A stretch of DNA of 64,000 bases from Chrysomallon squamiferum. Its lineage: Eukaryota > Animalia > Mollusca. Below the pieces are notes generated by a model. That model saw only the letters and a list, made by a program, of their open reading frames with translations. It did no database searches and was not told the origin of the DNA. Below, piece by piece: positions 25,401 through 38,609 of the stretch (positions within the stretch are counted from its first letter, which is position 1; the number at the start of each line of letters is the position of its first letter). The stretch spans positions 27,776,001 to 27,840,000 of the forward strand of contig CM022672.1 in the NCBI GenBank assembly GCA_012295275.1, written 5' to 3'. A program made the translations under genes and the position numbers.

Positions 25401-28400
25401 AGTGATACCCATATTTATTGTTGTCAGACACTGTCTATTCTTGTTGTAGTGGTAAAACACTAGTGATACCCATATTTATTGTTATCAGACATTGCCTACA
25501 TTCTCTTGTTCTTGTAGTGGTAAAACACTAGTGATACCCATATTTATTGTTGTCAGACACTGTCTATTCTTGTTGTAGTGGTAAAACACTAGTGATACCC
25601 ATATTTATTGTTGTCAGACACTGTCTATTCTTGTTGTAGTGGTAAAACACTAGTGATACCCATATTTATTGTTGTCAGACACTGTCTATTCTTGTTGTAG
25701 TGGTAAAACACTAGTGATACCCATATTTATTGTTGTCAGACACTGTCTATTCTTGTTGTAGTGGTAAAACACTAGTGATACCCATATTTATTGTTGTCAG
25801 ACACTGTCTATTCTTGTTGTAGTGGTAAAACACTAGTGAGTGATACCCATATTTATTGTTGTCAGACACTGTCTATTCTTGTTGTAGTGGTAAAACACTA
25901 GTGATACCCATATTTATTGTTGTCAGACACTGTCTATTCTTGTTGTAGTGGTAAAACACTAGTGATACCCATATTTATTGTTATCAGACATTGTCTATTA
26001 TTCTTGTTGTTGTGGTGGTAAAACACTAGTGATACCCATATTTATTGTTGTCAGACACTGTCTATTCTTGTTGTAGTGGTAAAACACTAGTGATACCCAT
26101 ATTTATTGTTGTCAGACACTGTCTATTCTTGTTGTAGTGGTAAAACACTAGTGATACCCCCATATTTATTGTTGTCAGACACTGTCTATTCTTGTTGTTG
26201 TGGTGGTAAAACACTAGTGATACCCATATTTATTGTTGTCAGACACTACATTCTATTCTTGTTGTAGTGGTAAAACACTAGTGATACCCATATTTATTGT
26301 TGTCAGACACTGTCTATTCTTGTTGTAGTGGTAAAACACTAGTGATACCCATATTTATTGTTGTCAGACACTGTCTATTCTTGTTGTAGTGGTAAAACAC
26401 TAGTGATACCCATATTTATTGTTGTCAGACACTGTCTATTCTTGTTGTAGTGGTAAAACACTAGTGATACCCATATTTATTGTTGTCAGACACTGTCTAT
26501 TCTTGTTGTAGTGGTAAAACACTAGTGATACCCATATTTATTGTTGTCAGACACTGTCTATTCTTGTTGTAGTGGTAAAACACTAGTGATACCCATATTT
26601 ATTGTTGTCAGACACTGTCTATTCTTGTTGTAGTGGTAAAACACTAGTGATACCCATATTTATTGTTGTCAGACACCTGTCTATTCTTGTTGTAGTGGTA
26701 AAACACTAGTGATACCCATATTTATTGTTGTCAGACACTGTCTATTCTTGTTGTAGTGGTAAAACACTAGTGATACCCCCATATTTGGTTGTTGTCAGAC
26801 ACTGTCTATTCTTGTTGTAGTGGTAAAACACTAGTGATACCCATATTTATTGTTGTCAGACACTGTCTATTCTTGTTGTAGTGGTAAAACACTAGTGATA
26901 CCCATATTTATTGTTGTCAGACACTGTCTATTCTTGTTGTTGTAGTGGTAAAACACTAGTGATACCCATATTTATTGTTGTCAGACACTGTCTATTCTTG
27001 TTGTAGTGGTAAAACACTAGTGATACCCATATTTATTGTTGTCAGACACTGTCTATTCTTGTTGTAGTGGTAAAACACTAGTGATACCCATATTTATTGT
27101 TGTCAGACACTGTCTATTCTTGTTGTAGTGGTAAAACACTAGTGATACCCATATTTACTGTCTATTCTTGTTGTAGTGGTAAAACACTAGTGATACCCAT
27201 ATTTATTGTTGTCAGACACTGTCTATTCTTGTTGTAGTGGTAAAACACTAGTGATACCCATATTTATTGTTGTCAGACACTGACACTGTCTATTTGTTGT
27301 AGTGTTCTTAGTGGTAAAACACTAGTGATACCCATATTTATTGTTGTCAGACATTGCCTACATTCTCTTGTTCTTGTAGTGGTAAAACACTAGTGATACC
27401 CATATTTATTGTTGTCAGACACTGTCTATTCTTGTTGTGTGGTAAAACACTAGTGATACCCATATTTATTGTTGTCAGACACTGTCTATTCTTGTTGTAG
27501 TGGTAAAACACTAGTGATACCCATATTTATTGTTGTCAGACACTGTCTATTCTTGTTGTAGTGGTAAAACACTAGTGATACCCATATTTATTGTTGTCAG
27601 ACACTGTCTATTCTTGTTGTAGTGGTAAAACACTAGTGATACCCATATTTATTGTTGTCAGACACTGTCTATTCTTGTTGTAGTGGTAAAACACTAGTGA
27701 TACCCATATTTATTGTTGTCAGACACTGTCTATTCTTGTTGTTGTGGTAAAACACTAGTGATACCCATACCCATATTTATTGTTGTCAGACACTGTCTAT
27801 TCTGTTGTGTGTAGTGGTAAAACACTAGTGATACCCATATTTATTGTTGTCAGACACTGTGTCTATTCTTGTTGTAGTGGTAAAACACTAGTGATACCCA
27901 TATTTATTGTTGTCAGACACTGTCTATTCTTGTTGTAGTGGTAAAACACTAGTGATACCCATATTTATTGTTGTCAGACACTGTCTATTCTTGTTGTAGT
28001 GGTAAAACACTAGTGATACCCATATTTATTGTTGTCAGACACTGTCTATTCTTGTTGTAGTGGTAAAACACTAGTGATACCCATATTTATTGTTGTCAGA
28101 CACTGTCTATTCTTGTTGTAGTGGTAAAACACTAGTGATACCCATATTTATTGTTGTCAGACACTGTCTATTCTTGTTGTAGTGGTAAAACACTAGTGAT
28201 ACCCATATTTATTGTTGTCAGACACTGTCTATTCTTGTTGTTGTCAGACATTGTTGTCAGACACTGTCTATTCTTGTTGTAGTGGTAAAACACTAGTGAT
28301 ACCCATATTTATTGTTGTCAGACACTGTCTATTCTTGTTGTAGTGGTAAAACACTAGTGATACCCATATTTATTGTTGTCAGACACTGTCTATTCTTGTT

Positions 28401-28935
28401 GTTGTAGTGGTAAAACACTAGTGATACCCATATTTATTGTTGTCAGACACTGTCTATTCTTGTTGTAGTGGTAAAACACTAGTGATACCCATATTTATTG
28501 TTGTCAGACACTGTCTATTCTTGTTGTAGTGGTAAAACACTAGTGATACCCATATTTATTGTTGTCAGACACTGTCTATTCTTGTTGTAGTGGTAAAACA
28601 CTAGTGATACCCATATTTATTGTTGTCAGACACTGTCTATTCTTGTTGTAGTGGTAAAACACAAGTGATACTCATATTTATTGTTGTCAGACACTGTCTA
28701 TTCTTGTTGTAGTGGTAAAACGCTAGTGATACCCATATTGTTACACATGACTGCATGTATGTTGTTGTTGTAGTGGTAAAACACTATTGATAACCATATT
28801 TATTGTTATCAGACATTGCCTACATGTCTGTTTTTGTTATAGTGATAAAACACTAGCAATACCCATATTGTTGTCAGACACTGACTACATGTCTGTTGTT
28901 GTTGTAGTAGTAAAGCACTAGCAATACCTGCATTT
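22472..28935. repeat. Satellite array, 61-bp unit (gttgtcagacactgtctattcttgttgtagtggtaaaacactagtgatacccatatttatt), ~6.4 kb
   Basis: Very homogeneous tandem copies (1-base shift per 60-nt line); degenerate monomers at the right edge, 28630-28935. Confidence 0.97.
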
Positions 28936-29087
28936 GTTGTTTCAGTCATTGACTAGAAACAGTAGAACCAGTTAATGACATAGAGTGGGGTATGATTGTA
29001 TTTTGTTTTTTCTTTTTTTCTTCTTTTCACACAACACTTTTTTTTTCTTTTTATCATACATTTCATACACCACATCACTCCATCTGT

Positions 29088-29415
29088 TTATCACTGGAAC
29101 TCAACAGTGTAATTTAATGGCATTTTCTCAGTCATCTTTGAGCATTCATGATCAGATATTCTCCACGTAATACTTCAACCAACATTCCCAGGTCAAGAAC
29201 ACTGGGTGGGTAGGTCCCATCAGGTGAGCAGATGTCACATCACCAGTATCGCCACCCAGAGGACCTTGTCACTGAAGGACCCACCCCACAAGTCATCATA
29301 CAGTCCTGTGGCTGTCCATTTCGCTCCTGGTACCTTGATGCAGGACTGCTGTGTTCCCTGATCTCACTGATGTACCCATTGCAGAGTAGGGATCATCTCC
29401 ACCATCCTGTCTGTT
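29088..29415 (-). pseudogene. Exon-like relic of unknown gene (ends ...GEYLIMNAQR...YTVEFQ*), inverted paralog of 30670-30990
   Basis: GC-richer island; aligns by eye in inverted orientation with 30670-30990, including the acceptor-like caacag|acagg vs caatag|gcagg; contains stops and frameshifts. Confidence 0.4.
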
Positions 29416-30018
29416 GGTAGATAGATGTCATGGTTACTAATATGTCTGTCAGTGTGTGTATCTGTACTAATATGTGTGTCCGTGTGTATATGTTGTCTAA
29501 TATGTGTGTCCGTGTGTATATGTTGTCTAATATGTGTGTCAGTGTATGAATTTCTATTAATGTGTTGGTGAATGTGTTGACTAATATTTTTTTCAGTGTG
29601 TGTTTGTCAGTGTGCATGTACTTATATGTAGCAGTGTGTTTATGTGTATATACTAATATTTGTTAGTGTTTATACTAATATGTAGAGTACTGTGTTTGTG
29701 TAGGTGTATACTAATGTCTGTGTCAGTGTGTATATCAAATGCATCAGTGTGTAATTATTGTGTGTTTGTGTTTTATCTAAAATGTGTGTCAGAAATATGT
29801 ATGTGTTTACTAATATGTATGCCAGTATTTGTATGTGTGTATTATATGAGTATGTTTCTTATTTGTATGAATGTTTGCTTGTGATTGCTTGTCTTTATGA
29901 CCAGCAAACAATAGGAAATTGACTGATCATTAGGAGTACTGGAAGTAACTGAAAAAAAAAAAAAAAAATTAACTTCTGATAATGCTAATAACAACAGTGT
30001 TTAAATAATAATAATAAT

Positions 30019-30115
<97 letters not shown>

Positions 30116-30669
30116 TAATCATTTTATATCTTTGATAGTCTGGGCAGGAAAAATGAATGACCAGCAGATACTGGAATGAAGTCATTGTTCCTGTAGGGCA
30201 GACAGACCATCGGAGATTTAAATATATTTTGTTGTTGTTGTTGTTGTTTTTCATATTGGCTAATAACACATTTTCCTACTCTGTGATGGTCTGAGCAGGA
30301 GCAGTGAATGATCAGAAACTGTTCTGGGATGAAATCACTGTTCCTGTGGAGCAGACAGGTCATCACAGAGTCTTGTCCTCTTCACTTGTTTTAATACTAA
30401 TCTATGGTGAAAGAAATAGTGATACAGTGACAGGAGATATCTGTTAGGAGAATAGTTTAATTTTTATTATTCATTCTTAATATTTCATTTATCTTTATAG
30501 TCTAGTATAATTATACTCGTTAAAGCAAATAGTGAATCTCCATTAGCTACTAGACTACAATCATTATTTCTTTCAACAAACTAATTTAACTTAATTTACT
30601 AATACTACTAACATTCAGCACATCCCCAGTCAGCACATACTACTAAAAACATGATGTTTGTCCCCAATA

Positions 30670-30990
30670 GGCAGGTTGGTGGAAATGGTTGCACCTCTAG
30701 AATGGATGCACCAATGATTTCAGGTAACAGTCGCGGGATGAATGCGCTCATGTCGGGGTTCCATGGGTGGGGTGGGCATCCTCAGGGCTGGTGGTGGCTT
30801 GTGAGGTCGCTCCTTCGGTGACAGGGATTTTCTGGGTGATGATGCTGCTGATGGGACATCTGTCCACCTGGTGTGTCACTCCTGCCCAGTGTTCTTGGAC
30901 TGGGAATGTTACACATGGGGAATATCTCATCATGGATGTCAACAGATGCTGGGAGTGTCATCAAGTTGCACTGTTGAATTTCAGTGATAA
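30670..30990 (+). pseudogene. Exon-like relic of unknown gene (ends ...THGEYLIMD...CTVEFQ*)
   Basis: Acceptor-like tccccaatag|g; homologous to 29088-29415 (inverted) and to 40421-40585 (direct, near-identical); no intact frame identified. Confidence 0.4.
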
Positions 30991-30994
30991 ATAT

Positions 30995-31325
30995 ACACAC
31001 ACACACATAGAAACAAGTATACACACACACACACACACACAGAGAGAGAAACAAGTATATACACATACATACATAGAAACAAGTATACACACACACACAC
31101 AGAAACAAGTACACACACACACACAAACACATACACACACACACATAGAAACAAGTACACACACACACACACAAACACATACACACACACACACACATAG
31201 AAACAAGTATACACACACACACACAAATACATACACAGACACAAAATACATACACACAACACACACATATACATACAAACCACATACTGACGTACATATG
31301 GATCCATAAACAAACACACACATAG
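30995..31325. repeat. (CA)n-rich minisatellite with recurring agaaacaagta spacer
   Basis: Repeated agaaacaagta(t)acacacac units. Confidence 0.85.
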
Positions 31326-32561
31326 CAGAAGAAAAAAAGAAAAACTATTACCAAACCATCCTCTGTTTGTTACAATGATTTTTATGAGGCAAAACCATAA
31401 TATCAGAAACTTCATAATATTTATTTCAATTTTTATAAGCTTTAATATATTATGGAGAAAAAACATATACAGTATACATGTGACCATTTGTTCAAGAAAA
31501 ATAATGGTAGATATTTTATCCTGGTCAAACAGTGTGAGTAAACTGGATCTGAACATCCCTGTTCCAGCTATAGAAAGGTATATTTGACGTTCAATAACCT
31601 TATATACCTGGCAAAAGACATAGGGATAAATATACAAATAATAATTCCTTGAGATTTGTTTGTAAAATTTTACATTAGTCATCAGAGTTTATATACTTTT
31701 CTGTGACTGTGTTTGTGAGAGTAAAAAGACAGGTGATTTATTTAAATGTTATTGTTATTTTAATAGGTTTAGAACAGTATTCCTGTTTTATACATAGAAG
31801 TTTTGGCATTTGTTGCTTTGTATGATGGTCTTTGTTTATTTTATGTATTAGTTTTTATATCACATTTTTGCTGAGTTTTAAAATTTTATTTTATATACTG
31901 ACTGTTTACACTGAGTTTCATTATAAAAGTCATTTAAAAAAACAAAAAAAAAACAATCATGTATGGCCATAATAAATAATAACAGTTTATTATATTGTTA
32001 TTATATAAGACAATATTTTTCAGTTTTATGTATTTTATATTCCACTTGTAAATATAAAAAAAACACGTTTTAATCAGAATATATATCATCTGATAATGTA
32101 AACACTTTACTAAGAACAGACCATCATCTACCAAGATCTTTGACATTGCCTTTAAATATTCATTAAAATACAATCAAAGGTGACTTTAATTTTAATTTGA
32201 AATATAAGTATAATTAATAGGTTTATCTTATCAAGTCTTTATAAAATTGACAAAATTTTAAGTATGTGTTATTGACAAAACTACAAAACAACAACAAAAA
32301 AACAACTCATAGTTGTCATTCCACAGGCAATTCCAGTCACCTAACCATACATTCATTGAGAACTGTCACCAAACCTGATTATTAATTTCATTTTTATAAA
32401 GTATCGGCAGTGGTTTTCCTTTGAGATTTTATTTTATTTAATTTTTTTAATTATTTATTATTATTATTATTATTATTATTTATTTATTTATTTTTTTTTA
32501 TTATTGTTATTATTATTTATTATTATTTATTTATTTATTATTATTATTATTTTTTTTGTTT

Positions 32562-32595
<34 letters not shown>

Positions 32596-33057
32596 TTTAT
32601 TATTATTATTTTTATGAGATATTCTAGTTTGACTATTTTAATTCTGTTTCCTTGGAATTCAGTAGTGGCACCTCAGTTATTTTCCCAGAAAACAGATTAA
32701 ATTAGATAAGTCAAGACATATATTTTGTTCTCTCTAGTGTAATTTTCTTTATTTTTAAAATTAATAAATCACAATATCAGTCCTCCTAATACAACTTTCA
32801 CCTGATAACAACCAGACAGATTGAAGTTAGTAATAGTAGCAGTATTAGTAATCACTGTGACTGTGATAAATACTGCTTCTAATAATAGCAGCAGTAGTAA
32901 TAGTAACAATGTGGTGACAGCAATAGTAACAGAAGCATCAGTAATAATAGCAGCTGTACTATTGTAGAATAAGATTCTTTGTTGTTCACTATTTTATTTA
33001 TAATAACTGAATAAATGTTTTATATTTTTACCCAAATTCAAAAAAGAACGAACAAAA

Positions 33058-33111
<54 letters not shown>

Positions 33112-33959
33112 TAAAATAATTGTCATTTTGAAAAAATCTCTGTTATTCTTTTGTTAGAAAGTGTGGCCGTGACAAACACACCCCAACTCTTTATAATCAA
33201 AGTATCATGTATGACTTTCAACCATGTTCCCTTTACTGTTAATGACACTGGCATTGGTCACAAAATGTGCAAATGACAATTGTTAATATTTTGATATATT
33301 GCCTGTAATTTATTCAGTAATTTTTTGTGAATATTAGTTCATTGATATCTTACAGCATATTTTTATATGCTTTATAAATAATATAACCATCATTTACACT
33401 ATTGTTGTTTTTGTTTTTTTGTTTTGTTTTTATATGTTATTAGTGTATCTATTTTTATGATAATACATTTATTTTTAGCATTTTATGGTTTTTTTTTTTT
33501 GTTTTTTTTTTAAATCTTTAATCCAAAATTGATTAAATATATAGGTTGATATTGCTATTGTTGATCAATGCAGTATATCTATATCTGTCTCTCAGTTTAA
33601 TTTTAATTGTTTTTTTATTTTTAACTGCCATTTTTTGTTTTGTTTTTTTCTGGCTTTTTTCCTGGCTTTTTTTTTTAGTGTTTAATGTTAGCATTCTGTT
33701 ACAATGCTAAATTTGTTTAAATTCCATAATCTAAAATTGTTTTATTTTATTTATTTTTGCACTGCTCTTTTTTGTTTTTTGTTGGGTTGTTTTTTGTTTT
33801 GTTATTTGAATTTTTTTGTGGGGTTTATGGTTTTTTTACTGGCTTTTTTTAGTGTCAGTATTTTTAAATAATAATTTTTAATGTTAGCATTCTGTTATTA
33901 TTTTTTATTTTATATATATATATATTTTAGATCTTAACTTCTCATTGAGTATCATGTTT

Positions 33960-34434
33960 GACTAAAATATTGGCAGTGGCTTTCCTTTGAGCTTTTATTA
34001 TTATTATTATATATATATATATATTTTTTTTTTAATGAGATCTTAACTTCTCATTGATTTTCATGTTTGACTATTTTAATTCTGTTTCCTGGGAATTCAA
34101 TTAATGGCACCTCAGTTGTTTTCCCAGAAAACAGATTAAATTAGATAAGTCAAGAAATATATTTTATTATCTCTGGTGTAATTTTCTTTATTTTTAAAAT
34201 TAATAAATCACAATATCAGTCCTCCTATTACAACTTTCACCTGATAACAACCAGACAGATTGAAGTTAGTAATAGTAGCAGTATTAGTAATCACTGTGAC
34301 TGTGATAAATACTGCTTCTAATAATAGCAGCAGTAGTAATAGTAACAGTGTAACGATAGCAGTAGTAACTGAAGCATAACAACTGAATAAATGTTTTACA
34401 TTTTAACCCCAAATTCAAAAAAGAACAACAACAA

Positions 34435-34469
<35 letters not shown>

Positions 34470-35460
34470 TAATTGTCATTTGTCATTTTGAAAAAAATCT
34501 TCTGTTCTGTTTGCCAGAACTGAAAGTCAGTGGAAGTATTCTTTTGTTAGAAAGTGTGACTATGACAAACATACCCGAACTCTTTACTGTCACAGTCACA
34601 CTATCAGGCGAAGGTCAGAATGTGTGGCCGAGACAAACACACCCCAACTCTTTACTGTCACAGTCGCGCTGTCTGGCGAAGGTCAGATAATGTGGTCGTG
34701 ACAGACACACCCCAACTCTTTACTGTCACAGTCACACTATCAGGCGAAGGTCAGATAATGTGGTCGTGACAGACACACCCCAACTCTTTACTGTCACAGT
34801 CACACTATCAGGCGAAGGTCAGAATGTGTGGCTGAGACAGAGATAACCCAGCTCTTTACTGTTAGTAACACTGGAATTGGTCACTAAATGTGCAAATGAC
34901 AATTATTATCATTATTATTATTATTTTAATATTTTTTGATATATTGGCTGTCATTTATTCAGTAATATTTTGTGAATATATTTTACTGATATCTTACAGA
35001 ATATTTTTGTATGCTTTAAAAATAATATAATAATAATAATAACCATTATTTATACCATTGTTGTGTTATTTTTATTACTTTCTTTTTTTAACAGCTTTTT
35101 GTTTTTGTTCGGTTATTAGAGTGTTTATTTTTATGATAATACATTTTATTTTAAGCATTTTGTTACATGCTGAATCTATGGTGGGTTTTTTAATCTTTAA
35201 TCCAAAATTGATTAAATATATAGGTTTATATTGCTATTGTTAATCAATACTGTATAGCTATAGCTGTCTGTCAATTTAATTTTAATTATTTTTATTTTTA
35301 ACTGCCTTTGTTTGATTTTCTTTTCTTTCTTTCTTTTTTTATCCCTGGCTTTTTTGCTGATTTGTTTTAGTGTCTGTATTTTTAAATAATACTTTTAATG
35401 TTAGCATTCTGTTACAATGCTAAATTTATGTTTTAATTACTTAATCTAAAATTGTTGTTC
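33960..35460 (+). repeat. Local tandem duplication of ~32400-33760
   Basis: Long matches such as ttttcccagaaaacagattaaattagataagtcaaga and caactttcacctgataacaaccagacagattgaagttagtaatagtagcag occur in both. Confidence 0.85.
34572..34865. repeat. ~67-bp minisatellite (aactctttactgtcacagtcacactatcaggcgaaggtcaga...), ~4.3 copies
   Basis: aactctttactgt recurs at about 34578, 34646, 34714, 34781 and 34851. Confidence 0.85.
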
Positions 35461-36399
35461 TGAATATACAATTTTATAAAATGTATATATACTGACAGCC
35501 ATAGAAAATTCAGCTCTAACTCAGGTGTCATTAAATCAAATGAATAAAGTATAGCTTGACCTGAACTTCATCCTTCTACCTATATTTCAAGCCAAATCTC
35601 CACAGAAACAAAAACTGAGTCAAATAAATGAGTGCTGCATTTGCTGCAGCTGTCAGCATATTTTATTGCTGCTGTTTATAATCACTGTACACATAAAATA
35701 TTGTGTGTATTTTGATGTTTCAATACTTACTGTTATTTTTATTTTTATTTAAACATTGGCTAGTGTTTGGCCATTGTTAGTCATCCTGATACACACAAAA
35801 CATTCTGTGTTCTGCTATTGTAGTGTGAAACAATAAATACATGAATAAAGGATATAAATGAATTTGTCATTTGTTTGTTTTATTTGCTTAATTTACAAGA
35901 TTTGTAATTTTTGCATGTTATGTTTATTTACAATGCTGTTAAGAAAACCATACATTATGAAAAGGAGAATTTGATTACAATGATTGACTACAAATTTCCT
36001 GTGAAGAATTTAAATTAGACAACAATGACAAGGATTACTTCATAATTTTTCAGTTTTACATATATTTATGAATACAAACAATGTTGGTACCCATATTATT
36101 GTTCATTCAAGATGTGTTTGAAATGAATATTATTTTTTATTTGGACTGGAAGGTAATAAGAGATAATGAGTGTTATAATTTTGTTCAGTGATTAATCATC
36201 AAACATTTTGATAAAATATGAAGAAAAAAAAAAAAAAAACAAAAAGAAAAAAAAAAACATCATGGCAAATGTCTTTGAATATTTATTTGATCAAATGGAA
36301 GCATAGTTAACTTCAAGTCCAAATCTATTTTACCATGTTCTTGGGTTTTTGTTTGTTGAATAGTAAAATAAAATACAAACTATGTCAAAGAAAATTGTA

Positions 36400-36952
36400 C
36401 GTGGAACCTCGGGTTATGAATGTCTCAAGCCATGAACAAATCAGATTACAAACTGTGATCTTGGGCAATTTTTGTCTCGGTTTATGAATAATGACCCAAG
36501 TTATGAACTACAGCAATGTGCCACAACAAGCTTTCTTTTGATGTTGGTAAAGATAAGAATAGGTGCTTGTGTCAAAACTGAGGTCAAATTAAGGATTATA
36601 GGCATGCCCTATAGCAAATATATATCATGAATTAGGGCTTCAGTCTTTGATATGCAGTCGCAGCTCAACAGCTTTTGTATTGAGATTGTGCGCCAAATTT
36701 TTTTTATAGTGTTGCTGCTTTTATATGTAGATTTTTTATTATACCCTAACCAATATGGTGCTCAAGAAAACAAAAACTGAAAGCGATAATGCTGCTGGAA
36801 AGTATAAACATATCACAGTAGAGGTTAAGAAAGAAATAATTGCAAAACATGAAAGTGGCATTCATGCGTCTGGCATCACTTCAGTTTATGTACAATTTGG
36901 TTTATGCCCTGAGTTCTGGAACGAATTAAGTTTGTAACCCGAGCTTTCACTG
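36400..36952 (+). mobile_element. Non-autonomous Tigger/pogo (Tc1-mariner superfamily) element
   Basis: TA-flanked inverted termini ta-c[a]gtggaacctcgggtta ... taacccgagctttcactg-ta; internal ORF remnant KYKHITVEVKKEIIAKHESG resembles the N-terminal HTH of Tigger/CENP-B transposases. Confidence 0.8.
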
Positions 36953-38609
36953 TATTTCAAGAAACAGTTCTGATTTTTAATTCTTATTTCACATGGACCA
37001 TGTATAGGTGTCTGTAATTCTGGCTATTGACATCAGCCAATTTATTGAACATATTTTACCATAGCACATTCTCTGAGTAAACAGTAATGTGAATTATGAT
37101 ATTGGCAGAAGGTTCTCCTGACAAAAAGTATTTTAGCTTATTCTGCTAACTGTGACCTAATGAGAGGCACACAGGAGGAATTATGGCTACTTATAATGGA
37201 AAATGAGAAATCTGGCTAGAACCATTGGCAGGAAGACAATTTATATCTGTTAACTGACTTTATTGCACATATCTTCTACATATCTCAAACCAATAAGGGA
37301 TTTGTTCTGATTCAGAGTATGATGAATTACCCCCAATATCTTCATAGGGAAGTAGCACCAGGGCTGGTTTATAAGTGGGAAAAATTAGTTTTGTCATTAA
37401 AAGGAACTGACCTTTAGTGTGGAGAACATCAGAAAGTCACTAGATCAATTGGAAACATACTAAGAAAGATTTAGCAAACATGTTAATCTAAAATTTATAA
37501 TCATAAATTTATATATAACACTTGATGATAATGTAAAAACAAATGTATGAATGGTAATAGACATGTAATTAATATGTAATATTATATTACAAAAGATTAA
37601 CATGGTTGCTGGTTTATTGTTATCCAGAGTTAAAACTCTAGCCCAGATGTTTGTATTTATCATTCTTTAGCTTGGATGTTATTTAGTATGAATACAATAA
37701 TTAATATCTTAAATAGCAATAAAAAAAAGTAAAATAAAATAAAGTAGAATAAAATAAAATAAAATAAAAATAAAAAGATGAACAATTTAACCTATGCATA
37801 ATTTACAGAAATAAAGGCTGCACGACACTGGTTATATATATATATATATCGTTTTGATTTCTTTATTTGAAGAGAAAGCTGTTTTAAAGATAGATCTTGT
37901 TGAACATCCATATCTGTCTATCTGTCTATCTATCTATCTATCAACCAGTGTCAAGTGAAGGTCCTGTCTCTGAACTGTTAACATCTTTGTAGTAGTTGTG
38001 TTACTGTTAGCAGTATCAGTAACTGTTTTTTCTTGTAATTAAGACTGTTACTGACACAAGTACCAGTAATAGTCTTGGTAGTAATAATAGACTTGTAACA
38101 GTGTTATATTATTAGCAGGCTTAACATTAGTATAGTAAGTTTTAGTAGTATGATATATTACTAATTGCTTTAGTACCAGTAGTAGTAGAAAACTAAATTT
38201 TAGTAGTACATGTACTAGAAAAGTAAGAGTTTTTAAGTAGTAATGGAACTTTAACAGTGTTAGTTAGGATCCTTAACTATATGGAAATAAAAATAGTATC
38301 AGGATTTGTATAATTTTATTATTAATATTATCTTTCCTTAACTGCAGTAGAAGTTTTGTTAGTAATAGTAGAAACAGCAGTAGTAATTATAGAAATAGTT
38401 TCTGTCTCCATATTGCAGTGAGACCAGAACAAGCAGAAGAAATAATAATAGTAAAATCATCTGATGTAGTAAAGTAATTGGTGAAGACTCACGTTTAAAT
38501 CCTTTTTCTTATTTCCAGAGGAGGATCAAAATCTAGCAGAAGACAACGAATGCCCACAAAATCAGGTAATTAACTTTACCTTTAAATATTTACAGACAAT
38601 AATTAGTAT

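Noticed and set aside
22472-28935. CRISPR-like regular array with palindromic units
   Set aside because: There are no unique spacers and no cas genes, and the context is eukaryotic. It is a head-to-tail satellite.
30782-31682. Long ORFs (190-233 aa) rich in CV/TH dipeptides
   Set aside because: They stay open only because of (CA)n microsatellite sequence.
36990-37460. Coding-like island after the Tigger element
   Set aside because: The frame examined contains stops and no recognisable motif.
38519-38565. 47-nt plus-strand micro-exon (ttccag|...cag|gtaatt)
   Set aside because: The splice signals are good, but there are no partner exons or recognisable product, so it cannot be supported.
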